The notes beneath the pieces were generated by a model. That model was given only the letters and a program-made list of their open reading frames with translations. It ran no database searches and was not told where the DNA came from. Below are positions 37,749 to 46,710 of a stretch of DNA of 64,000 bases, one piece after another. This DNA comes from Tagaea sp. GTDB lineage: Bacteria; Pseudomonadota; Alphaproteobacteria; CACIAM-22H2. The DNA lies in contig CBDIIB010000005.1 in assembly GCA_965279525.1 (NCBI GenBank), positions 832,001-896,000 on the forward strand, in the 5' to 3' direction. The stretch's first letter is position 1; each line of letters starts with the position of its first letter. A program made the translations under genes and the position numbers.

Positions 37749-37768
37749 GTTGCGCTAGCTTGCCAGCT

Positions 37769-39700
37769 ATGTGTGGAATCAGCGGCATTCTCGATCGGCG
37801 CCAGCGGTATGGCACACAAGAGCTTGCGGCGCATTTGCGCCGCATGAACAAAACGATCGCGCATCGCGGGCCAGATGGCGACGGGATCTGGACCGACACG
37901 GTCGCCGGGATCGCGCTCGGCCACCGTCGCCTAGCGATCGTAGACTTGTCCCCGACGGGCGTCCAGCCGATGCATTCCGCCGACGGGCGATGGGTCGTCA
38001 CCTACAACGGCGAGATCTTCAATTTCGGCGATCTGCGTACGGAGCTGGCGCGGGCCGGCGTGCAGTTCCGCGGCACCTCCGACACCGAAGTGATGCTCGA
38101 AGGATTCGCGCGCTGGGGCGTGCGCGAGACCCTGATGCGGCTCGTCGGCATGTTCGCGATCGCGCTCTGGGACCGGAAGGAGCGCACGCTCTGGCTCGTG
38201 CGCGATCGTCTGGGCGTCAAGCCGCTCTACTACGCCTGCGACGGCACGCGCCTGGTTTTCGGTTCGGAACTGAAGGCGCTGCGCGCCGCGCCGGGCTTCG
38301 CCCCGTCGATCGACCGCGATGCGCTTGTCGCGTATTTTCGGCACGCGAACGTGCCCGGCGCCGCGACGATCTACCGGGAATCGCGCAAGCTGCTGCCGGG
38401 CACGCTGCTTGTCTGGCGCGAAGGAAGCGAGCCATCGACGGAGATCTACTGGTCCGCCCGCACGGCGGCAGAACGGGGCCGCGCGCATTGGAACGCGCCC
38501 GTCGATCGCGACGGCGCCGTCGAGACGCTCGACGCGCTGCTGCGCGACGCCGTCGCCCGGCGCATGGTCGCCGACGTGCCGCTTGGCGCCTTTCTTTCCG
38601 GCGGCATCGATTCGTCGACGGTCGTGGCGCTGATGCAGGCGCAGAGCAGCCGTCCGGTGCGCACCTTCACGATCGGCTACGACCGCACCGACTACGACGA
38701 AGCGCGACACGCCGCCGCGGTTGCCGCGCATCTGGGCACCGATCACACGGAACTGCGCGTCGACCCGTCGCTCGCCCGCGATGTCATTCCGCTCCTGCCC
38801 GAGATGTACGACGAACCTTTCGCCGACGCCTCGCAGATCCCGACTTACCTTGTCGCGCGGATGACCCGCGCGCATGTGACGGTGGCACTGTCCGGCGACG
38901 GCGGCGACGAGGTCTTTGCGGGCTACAACCGGCATGTCTGGGCAAGCAGGCTCGAACGCCTCGTGCGCCTGCCGCACGGGCTGCGCCGGTTCGCCGCGTG
39001 CGCGCTGCGCACCGCACCGGCCGGAATTCTCGAAGCACTCCTGCTGCCGATTCCAGCCGCACGGCGGCCGGTGCGGCCGGCCGAGAAGGCCGCAAAGCTG
39101 GCAGCACTGCTCGAAGCGGACGATGCCCAGGCACTCTATCGCGAGCTGGTGAGCCAGTGGCCCGATCCGGCCGGGCTGGTCCCCGGTGCGCATGAGGGGC
39201 TCGGTCCCGCCGACGATCCCGGGATCGCGGAGTCGATTCCGGAATTCGGCCCGCGCATGCAGCTTCTCGACACGCTGGGCTACCTGCCCGACGACGTGCT
39301 GACGAAGGTCGATCGCGCGACGATGGCGGTGGCGCTCGAGGCGCGGAACCCCTTCCTCGACCACCGCGTCGTCGAGCATGCATGGACGCTGCCGCCCGAG
39401 TTCAAGGTCCGTGACGGCGCAGGCAAATGGATCCTGCGCGAGGTGCTGTCGCGCTATGTCCCGCGCAGCCTGTTCGAGCGGCCCAAGATGGGCTTCGCGG
39501 TTCCTGTCGGCGAATGGCTGCGCGGGCCGTTGCGCGAATGGGCCGAAGACCTGCTCGCACCCGCCGCGATCGCCGCGGACGGAATCCTCGATCCGGCACC
39601 CGTCGCGCGCGCATGGCGCGCCCATCTCGACGGTGCCGACCGGACTTACCGGCTCTGGACCGTGCTGATGTTCCGCGCCTGGCAGAAGCGCTGGGCATAG
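37769..39700 (+). CDS. asnB: Asparagine synthase (glutamine-hydrolysing) family amidotransferase, glycan-associated
   Basis: MCGISG, HRGPDG, LGHRRLAIVDLS, YNGEIFN, RDRLGVKPLYY, FLSGGIDSS, LSGDGGDEVFAGY, KVDRATM. Confidence 0.92.
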   Translation: MCGISGILDRRQRYGTQELAAHLRRMNKTIAHRGPDGDGIWTDTVAGIALGHRRLAIVDLSPTGVQPMHSADGRWVVTYNGEIFNFGDLRTELARAGVQFRGTSDTEVMLEGFARWGVRETLMRLVGMFAIALWDRKERTLWLVRDRLGVKPLYYACDGTRLVFGSELKALRAAPGFAPSIDRDALVAYFRHANVPGAATIYRESRKLLPGTLLVWREGSEPSTEIYWSARTAAERGRAHWNAPVDRDGAVETLDALLRDAVARRMVADVPLGAFLSGGIDSSTVVALMQAQSSRPVRTFTIGYDRTDYDEARHAAAVAAHLGTDHTELRVDPSLARDVIPLLPEMYDEPFADASQIPTYLVARMTRAHVTVALSGDGGDEVFAGYNRHVWASRLERLVRLPHGLRRFAACALRTAPAGILEALLLPIPAARRPVRPAEKAAKLAALLEADDAQALYRELVSQWPDPAGLVPGAHEGLGPADDPGIAESIPEFGPRMQLLDTLGYLPDDVLTKVDRATMAVALEARNPFLDHRVVEHAWTLPPEFKVRDGAGKWILREVLSRYVPRSLFERPKMGFAVPVGEWLRGPLREWAEDLLAPAAIAADGILDPAPVARAWRAHLDGADRTYRLWTVLMFRAWQKRWA

Positions 39701-39708
39701 GAGCCGCC

Positions 39709-40842
39709 ATGAAGATCCTGCAGCTCTGCGCCGTCGACTTCACGCTCTACCACTTCCTGCTGCCGTTGATGCGCGGCCTGCGCGACGCGGGGCACGAAGT
39801 TGTCGGTGCCTGCAGTCCAGGGCCGCTCGCCGCGAAGGTCGAGGCCGAGGGCTTCCGCGTGATCGGCATCGACATTCGTCGATCGGCAAATCCGCTGGCA
39901 CTGTGGCGAACGCATCGCGCGATCCACTCGATGCTGCGGGCAGAAAGGTTCGACGTCGCCCATTTCCACACGCCGGTCGCGGCGCTTGCGGGCCGCTTTG
40001 CGGCCTGGCGGGCGGGCGTGCCGCAGATCGTCTACACGGCGCACGGTTTCTACTTCCACGATCGCATGCCTTGGCCGCTGCGCGCCGCGCATGTCGGGCT
40101 CGAATGGGCGGCCGGACGCGTCACGGACCTGCTGATGACGCAGGCCGAGGAGGATGCGGCGAGCGCGCGCCGCCTTGGTCTCGCCCGCGGCCAGGTCCAC
40201 GCGATCGGCAACGGCTCGGATCCGGCGCGCTTCCGGCCCGGCGGACCTGCCGATGACGACCGGGCACGCCTGCGTGCGCAGATCGGAACGTCGCCGGACC
40301 GGCCGGTAATCCTCATGGTTGGGCGCCTCGTCGCGGAAAAGGGTTATCCCGAACTGCTTGCGGCGATGCGCGATGTCGATGCGGAGCTCTGGATTGCCGG
40401 CGGCCGCCTCGACTCCGACCACGCGGGTGCCGTCGATGCGGTACTTGCGGCAGCCCTTGCCGATCCGGTATACGCCGGACGGATCCGTGCGCTGGGCTAT
40501 CGGCAGGATGTGCCCGAGCTGCTGCGCGCCGCCGACATCTTCGTCCTGCCCTCCCATCGCGAAGGCATGCCGCGATCGATCATCGAAGCCATGCTGACCG
40601 GCCTTCCGGTCGTCGCCACGGATATCCGCGGCAGCCGTGAAGAAGTGGTCGAAGGCGAGACGGGCCTGCTCGTGCCAGTCGCGGACGCCGCGGCACTCGC
40701 CGCAGCCCTTGGCCACCTTGCCGGCGATCCCGCGCTGCGCGCTCGTTTGGGGAAGGCCGGGCGGTTGCGGGCACTCGAGCACTACGATGAATCGAAAATT
40801 GTCGCCCGGCAGATCGAACTGCTGGAAGCGATCGCGCCCTAG
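39709..40842 (+). CDS. Glycosyltransferase family 4
   Basis: HFHTPVA, YTAHGFYF, VGRLVAEKG, LPSHREGMPRSIIEAM, ATDIRGSREEV; GGAG SD. Confidence 0.9.
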   Translation: MKILQLCAVDFTLYHFLLPLMRGLRDAGHEVVGACSPGPLAAKVEAEGFRVIGIDIRRSANPLALWRTHRAIHSMLRAERFDVAHFHTPVAALAGRFAAWRAGVPQIVYTAHGFYFHDRMPWPLRAAHVGLEWAAGRVTDLLMTQAEEDAASARRLGLARGQVHAIGNGSDPARFRPGGPADDDRARLRAQIGTSPDRPVILMVGRLVAEKGYPELLAAMRDVDAELWIAGGRLDSDHAGAVDAVLAAALADPVYAGRIRALGYRQDVPELLRAADIFVLPSHREGMPRSIIEAMLTGLPVVATDIRGSREEVVEGETGLLVPVADAAALAAALGHLAGDPALRARLGKAGRLRALEHYDESKIVARQIELLEAIAP

Positions 40843-40852
40843 CGTCGAGCCA

Positions 40853-41950
40853 TCAGAGCGTGGCGAGCCATTCCGCGACGCGGCGACCGATCTCGTAGTG
40901 GCCGGCGCGCGACAGGTGGCCGTTGCCGGTCAGGGCATTGAGTTCGACGGACCAGTGGAGGAAATAGTATCTCTGCGCTGGATCTTCGGAAGCCACGAAG
41001 GCCGGCATCAGATCGAGGAACGGCACGCCGAGTTCCTGGCTGAGGCGCTCGGCGAGCGGGCCGACCTCGGCCGTCTGCCCTTCCGCAAGCACGCTGGGCG
41101 ACGGAATGGCGATGACGGCCACGGCGATGCCGGCTTTCTTCGCCAGTTGCACGAACTCGCGAAAATCGCGCTCGTAGAATTCGGTGTATTGCTTGAGTTG
41201 GGCGGCTTCGACGTCCGGTCGGGCGCGCGCCGCATCACCCTCGCCGCGCACGATGTCGGCATTCGCAGAGCGCATCTCCCACTGGCGACGCAGCTGGGCG
41301 GCCAGCGCATATAGTGCGAGATTGCGCAGGAAACCCGTCCGCAAATCGCGTGCGAAAGTCTCGACCGCGCCGAGGCCGTCCGGAGACGAGACCGGGCGCA
41401 GCCCCCGGCCGGTCGTGATGCGCCGATAGTCGAGGATATCGTTCTCGAAGACGCCGAGCACGACCAAGTCCGGCTTGAGTGCGAGTCCCTTTTCGCGAAG
41501 CCACGCCAGTTCGTCGGCAAGCGTGTAGCCGGAAACGCCACCGTTGTGGACCTGGACCTTCCCGAGCAACCGCTGCCGGCGGAGCTCCGACTGGATCCAC
41601 GCCGGCCAGGTATCCTCGGTCGCGACATAGGGGCCGAATGTCTGCGAATCGCCGATCGCGACGATCTGGCGGAATCCTGGCTGCGGCTCCTCGAGCGAAC
41701 GAAAGCCTTGGCTGTTCGTGACGACGTGATACGGGCGACGCCACCACACGACCCAATGGCCGTCCTGGCCGGGTACGAGATCGCCGGGTACGTCGGGCGC
41801 GAAGGCATAGCGGGAATTTCCGAGCCTATCGCCGGCCGGTTCGGCGCCGAGCGTGCTCGGCGTCCACAGCCACAGCCGAGCCCCGAGTTCGCTGGCGACT
41901 AAGGTCGCGACGACGATGGCACCGGTAACGAGAACGCTCTTGATCGACAT
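40853..41950 (-). CDS. SGNH/GDSL hydrolase-fold protein with N-terminal membrane anchor (candidate O-acyltransferase/esterase)
   Basis: TNSQGFRS, AIGDSQTFG, HNGGVSGY, FENDI, NGHLSRAGH. Confidence 0.75.
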   Translation of the reverse strand: MSIKSVLVTGAIVVATLVASELGARLWLWTPSTLGAEPAGDRLGNSRYAFAPDVPGDLVPGQDGHWVVWWRRPYHVVTNSQGFRSLEEPQPGFRQIVAIGDSQTFGPYVATEDTWPAWIQSELRRQRLLGKVQVHNGGVSGYTLADELAWLREKGLALKPDLVVLGVFENDILDYRRITTGRGLRPVSSPDGLGAVETFARDLRTGFLRNLALYALAAQLRRQWEMRSANADIVRGEGDAARARPDVEAAQLKQYTEFYERDFREFVQLAKKAGIAVAVIAIPSPSVLAEGQTAEVGPLAERLSQELGVPFLDLMPAFVASEDPAQRYYFLHWSVELNALTGNGHLSRAGHYEIGRRVAEWLATL

Positions 41951-42081
41951 GGTCCGAACCGCCAAAGGTGTGACGCTCAGTTATTACACGCTGTCCGGAT
42001 TTCTGACAAAGCACGACTGGACGGCCGGAAATCCCTCCACTAGCATTCGCCGCCATTTCTACCGAGCAGGCATTTCGTCAG

Positions 42082-43317
42082 ATGGAAGCATCCCTCAAGA
42101 CCCGACCGGCGCGCAACTCGGTGCAGTTCGTCGCGCGGCAGGTGTTCTTCTGGGCTCTCGGACTTGTGGGACCGGTCGCGGCGATTGCGCCAAACGGACT
42201 GGCGGTCCTGTTCGTGGTCATGGGGCTTGCGGTAATCGTCGGCGAGCCGGCCGCCCGTAGACTCGCCGGCGTTCCCAAGGCAGCGGCACTGCCGCTCGTC
42301 GGCCTGCTTGGGTGGGCGTGGGTCACGACATTATGGACGCCGGATCCCGGGTTGGCGGCTTTCACGCTGACGCGCCTCGTCTTCGCGATATACGCCGGCC
42401 TTGCGATCGTGTCCCGTGCGCTGGCGCTCGACGCAGCCGAGATCGCGCAGGCGGAGCGCTTTTTCCTTGTCGGGTACGTCGCGGGACTTGCGATTCTCTC
42501 CGCGGAAATCGCCAGCCAGCTTGTTTTCGGGAACAGCAAATCGCTCTACGTCCAGTTTGTCGGCCCCCGTGCCGCCATCGAATCCTTCCTCAACCGGTCG
42601 AAGACAATCCTTTCGATTCTGCTTCCACTCGCCATCTCGGTCGCCTGGCGGCGACACGGATGGGCGGCTGCGGCGCTCCTCGTGGCAGCCTGCCTGGCGA
42701 TATTCATCGTCGGCGAAAGCCTCGCCTCGGCCGCCGGCCTTGTCGTGGCGGCCGTCGCTGCCGTCATGGCCGCGGCATTGGGCAGCAGGCTCGGGCCACG
42801 CCTATCTGCCGTCGGCATCGTCGCCATATTCATGGCCGCACCGTTTGTCGCACGGCTTCCGGCATTGGCGGAACTGGCGCAGCGCCACGACATCACGGTC
42901 TCGATTTACCACCGCGCGGCGATTTGGGGCTTCGTCGCCGAGCGTATCGCAGAACATCCGTTTACCGGCTGGGGCATGGAGTCCTCGCGCAACATCCCCA
43001 ACGCCCACAATCTGCTCCGCGCCTTTACTGAACTTCTGCCTCTGCATCCGCACAACGCGCCACTGCAATACTGGCTTGAGCTCGGCGCGGTCGGCGCGGC
43101 ACTTGCCGCAGCGCTTGTCGCGGCCCTGGCACTGCGCACCGGCGGGTCGCTGGCACGCCGCGTGGCGGTCATGCCGACTTTCGTGACGGCGGTTTTCGTC
43201 GCCTGCATTAGCTACGGGCTGTGGCAAGGGTGGTGGTATTCGTCGCTTTGGATTGTCGGCGCGCTTGCCACGATCGTCGGGCGCGGGGCGGAACGCACGG
43301 GTCACCACATCGGGTAG
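42082..43317 (+). CDS. O-antigen ligase (Wzy_C/WaaL-like) membrane protein
   Basis: Multi-TM protein; SIYHRAAIW, HPFTGWGMESSR, LHPHNAPLQYWLELGAVG. Confidence 0.85.
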   Translation: MEASLKTRPARNSVQFVARQVFFWALGLVGPVAAIAPNGLAVLFVVMGLAVIVGEPAARRLAGVPKAAALPLVGLLGWAWVTTLWTPDPGLAAFTLTRLVFAIYAGLAIVSRALALDAAEIAQAERFFLVGYVAGLAILSAEIASQLVFGNSKSLYVQFVGPRAAIESFLNRSKTILSILLPLAISVAWRRHGWAAAALLVAACLAIFIVGESLASAAGLVVAAVAAVMAAALGSRLGPRLSAVGIVAIFMAAPFVARLPALAELAQRHDITVSIYHRAAIWGFVAERIAEHPFTGWGMESSRNIPNAHNLLRAFTELLPLHPHNAPLQYWLELGAVGAALAAALVAALALRTGGSLARRVAVMPTFVTAVFVACISYGLWQGWWYSSLWIVGALATIVGRGAERTGHHIG

Positions 43318-43444
43318 ATGTCGTCCTTCGTCGGCTTCCGGGAATTCGCGCGTCGCTTGCGCCAGACCCGATAACCCCAAGTGGCCAATGCGGCCGTAGC
43401 CGCTGCCGCCAATATGATCAATTCCATCCGCCAAGCTCCCGCCG

Positions 43445-44515
43445 TCATCGTGCCGACGCTGAAGGTAGCAACGCCTGATCCAGAATCGCCTTGGCGATGA
43501 TTTTAGCAGCCTCGTCTGCACCCGTCGCCGAGAAGTGAACGGGATCGAGGTGATGAGGCGTCGGGAAATCCTCGCGACGATCAGGATAAGGAAAGACTCC
43601 GGCAAGATCGCACAAGCCCGCAGCAACCTCGCGTGCCAGCGTTTCCACGATGCGCCGGTGTTCCCATACGGCACGAAAGGCGACATTGACTTTCCTGGGA
43701 TCGACTTCACCCGGGCCAAGTTCATCATTCAGCGCAAGATCGCGATAAGGAGGATTCACGTACATGGTGCGCACGCCGGCTGCACGCAGGATCGCATCCA
43801 TCGCGCGCAGATTCCCCTCGAACGCAATGGGCGGATTGGCGGCAATGTTGCGCGAGGGTCGTTTCCCGCCGTGCGCCTCGGTCCGGCGTACCAATTCACC
43901 AATGTCGCCGAGCGCGAGCGCGTGAGCGCGATTGACCGCGCCGGCAATGCGTCCGCCGGAATGGGGCTCGAACCAACTGCGCGAATACTCCCGATAATCA
44001 CGCGACAGTTTTGGATACCTGCGAGGATGCACGTCATTGTGCGTATAGTAATAGATGACCAAATCTGGGCGCAGCGGAACCACATCGAACAGTGCCCGCA
44101 GTACGTTTTCGGCGGTTGTAAACCCCTCGACCGCAGCATTGATCACTTCGATCGGACGACTCCGGTCAGTCGCGCGCAGATGGACCTCAAGTCGAGCGGG
44201 ATAAGTACGAGAATCCTCGCCGATGCCCGAGCCGTAGGTCGACGACTCGCCCATGCAAACGACCCGTATCGTTCCCGATGGCTTCTCAGTCGAAACTTCC
44301 ACTCCGCGGAAGCCGAGAGAGTTGTGCCTCGACAGGCCATCGGGCGAGCGCCACACCGGGTTGGGCGAATAGAGCATGTATGGGTGCGGTAGATAACGCG
44401 GCGTACGCATGCCGAAGACCCGTGCGAGCAGTCCAGGCCCGCCCGAGCGCAACATTTCGCCGTCGCCCAAGAGCATGAAACCTAGCGCCAGCCGCGCGCG
44501 TGCCAAGCTTCTCAC
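43445..44515 (-). CDS. SGNH/GDSL hydrolase-fold protein
   Basis: HNSLGFRG, VCMGESSTYG, EVINAAVEGF, THNDV, DPVHFS; GTGA overlap with the upstream gene. Confidence 0.75.
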   Translation of the reverse strand: MRSLARARLALGFMLLGDGEMLRSGGPGLLARVFGMRTPRYLPHPYMLYSPNPVWRSPDGLSRHNSLGFRGVEVSTEKPSGTIRVVCMGESSTYGSGIGEDSRTYPARLEVHLRATDRSRPIEVINAAVEGFTTAENVLRALFDVVPLRPDLVIYYYTHNDVHPRRYPKLSRDYREYSRSWFEPHSGGRIAGAVNRAHALALGDIGELVRRTEAHGGKRPSRNIAANPPIAFEGNLRAMDAILRAAGVRTMYVNPPYRDLALNDELGPGEVDPRKVNVAFRAVWEHRRIVETLAREVAAGLCDLAGVFPYPDRREDFPTPHHLDPVHFSATGADEAAKIIAKAILDQALLPSASAR

Positions 44516-46701
44516 CTCGTCCGCTCCTGTCCATTTGGCTCCGACACACCCTGCACCACGCACCCTACCAGCAATCCGATCGCCAGCCACCAGATACGCT
44601 GATACGCGACATCGTGCACGAGCGAGAAGACGCCGAAGAAGGCGAGCAGAAGAACCACTGCGGTCGCCACGGTCTCGCGCGCACCGGGCGGTCGCATTCG
44701 CCTGCGCCACACGAGCCAGACCGGGAGCGACGCGACGACAGTTGCACCGACAAGTCCGAATTCGGCAAGGATCCAGACCGGCGTGGAATGCACGACCAGG
44801 ATCGATCCGTCGAGCCCGAGACCCTGCCGGGCGACGGCCCCGAGACCGGCCCCGACGAGCGGGTTCTGCATGAACAGGTCGAGGCCGACTTCCACGCTGC
44901 GCAGCCGTCCCTCGGTCGAGGTTCCCGCAAGCACTTCGCTCGGGTCGAAGATCGCACCCTTCTCGGTCGCCACCTTGGCGCTGCGCGCGGGTGCCAGATA
45001 TGTCGGGATCGCCCACCACGCGACGGCAAACGCAAGCGCAATGACAGACATGCGCGCGAGGAACGGCCGCAGCGCCGGGCGGAAGAAGCCCGCCAGCGAA
45101 ACGACGAGTCCGCCCGCGAGCAGGCCGGCGATCGATCCGGTCTGCCAGAGTCCGAGCATCAGGGCGCCGGCAAGCACCGTCCAGCCGGCGAGTGAACGCG
45201 CACGACGCCGCGTCTCGGCATAGGCGATCGCGAAACACAGGCCGACGAGGATCTGGAAGGAAAAGGTGTTCCGGTTGCCCGAGTAGCCCTGGAAATTCGT
45301 CGTCATGTGATGGTCCATGACCTCGAATGCCAGCAGCAGCCGCTCGAGGCTGTAGACCGCCAGCACGGCGACGGCGGTCACGATGAGCGTCTCGGCCACG
45401 CGGCGGCGGCCATGCGCGCCGAGTTCGGCGCAGACGAACGCGCCGCACGCAATATAACCAAGCAGGATCAGGCCACCGACCAGGCGGTTTGCGAACGCCC
45501 AGTCGGAAAAGCCGTACGCGAAATAGCCGTGCGCGAACGCGGCGAGGAGGATTGCACCGAGGGCCGCGATCCACACGACGAAGGTGCGCGGCAGCCGCAG
45601 CGGGATCGTGCGCGTTGCCGCGAGCGAGACGACCACGAGGCAGAGGGCGAGGACTGCCAGCGGATCGGCGAGATTGAGCGAGATCCAGCCGTCGGCGATA
45701 CGCGCCTGGACTTGGAAGAATAGGAAATAGGCCGACAGATGACCAAGCAGCAGGGCCGACGCGCGCGCGAAATGGCGGCCGTCTTCGGCAACCGTCGCAT
45801 CGCCCGACGCCTGCCCAACCGGGGCCGTCGGCCGGATCAGGAGCAGCGGTGCGGCGAAGCCCACCACCACCGTCGAGCACAGCCCGATGAGGACCGACGC
45901 GGCGACGGCCTCGGCAGCACCCACGCCGAGTGCGCCGAACGCGTAGACCGACGCGAGTTCCCGGATGCCCCATCCGTTGACCGAAAGCGGCATGCTCGCC
46001 GCAAGCGTCACGATGGCGGCGGCGGCGAGTGCACCTTCCCAGCCGACCTGCGGTGCAAGCCCGCGCACCGCTGCGGCATAGGCCGCGAAGACGGCGAGAT
46101 TTGCGACGAACGTCAGTCCGGCGATCGCGCTGGCGCGCGCCAGCGCCGACGGCGTCACGAGACGGCGCAACAGGTCCAGTTCCCGCTGGGGCCGCGCGAT
46201 CGCGAACGAGAGGGCGAGTGCGAGCGGCAGCACGATCGCCGCCGGCAGCAGCGGCGTGCGTTCGATGGCCGAGCGCACCGCGTCGGCGCCGAAGATCACG
46301 TGGAATCCCAATGCCGCCAGCACCAGCCCGACCAGCGCCATCACGAAGCGTTCGTAGCCCGAGACCAGGACGACGGCCGATGCCGAAACGCCGTACGAGC
46401 GAAGCGCGTGATGCCGCCCCAGGATCGTGCCGAAGAGATTGAAGACGAACAGACTGGAGACGAGGCCCGTGGCACCGGCGCGAAGCGATACGGCCCACGG
46501 CACGTGCACGCCGGTATGGTGCAGGGTCCAGTGAAGCCGGACCAGCACCAGCACCAGGTTAACCGTGAGCATCAGCATGATGCCGGCCGCCGTCGCGGGC
46601 GGCACGCTCGAAAGTGCCTGCCAGAGTTCGGCCGGGCCGACGTGCCAGACGATCGCGCCCGAGATGACGAGTGTGATGCAGACCGAGAGGAGGCGCAGCA
46701 T
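44512..46701 (-). CDS. Fusion of a lysylphosphatidylglycerol-synthase TM (flippase-like, UPF0104) domain and an O-antigen-ligase-like domain
   Basis: N-half: LVLVRLHW, ERFVM, MPLSVNGWGIRE; C-half: GYSGNRNTF, STEGRL, NPLVGAGLG, VHSTPVWILAEFGLVG. Confidence 0.72.
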   Translation of the reverse strand: MLRLLSVCITLVISGAIVWHVGPAELWQALSSVPPATAAGIMLMLTVNLVLVLVRLHWTLHHTGVHVPWAVSLRAGATGLVSSLFVFNLFGTILGRHHALRSYGVSASAVVLVSGYERFVMALVGLVLAALGFHVIFGADAVRSAIERTPLLPAAIVLPLALALSFAIARPQRELDLLRRLVTPSALARASAIAGLTFVANLAVFAAYAAAVRGLAPQVGWEGALAAAAIVTLAASMPLSVNGWGIRELASVYAFGALGVGAAEAVAASVLIGLCSTVVVGFAAPLLLIRPTAPVGQASGDATVAEDGRHFARASALLLGHLSAYFLFFQVQARIADGWISLNLADPLAVLALCLVVVSLAATRTIPLRLPRTFVVWIAALGAILLAAFAHGYFAYGFSDWAFANRLVGGLILLGYIACGAFVCAELGAHGRRRVAETLIVTAVAVLAVYSLERLLLAFEVMDHHMTTNFQGYSGNRNTFSFQILVGLCFAIAYAETRRRARSLAGWTVLAGALMLGLWQTGSIAGLLAGGLVVSLAGFFRPALRPFLARMSVIALAFAVAWWAIPTYLAPARSAKVATEKGAIFDPSEVLAGTSTEGRLRSVEVGLDLFMQNPLVGAGLGAVARQGLGLDGSILVVHSTPVWILAEFGLVGATVVASLPVWLVWRRRMRPPGARETVATAVVLLLAFFGVFSLVHDVAYQRIWWLAIGLLVGCVVQGVSEPNGQERTR

Positions 46702-46710
46702 GCGGGTTGC

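Noticed and set aside
43445-46498. 1017-aa ORF
   Set aside because: Only the C-terminal SGNH part (from ~44515) is protein-like. The rest overlaps the membrane fusion gene out of frame.
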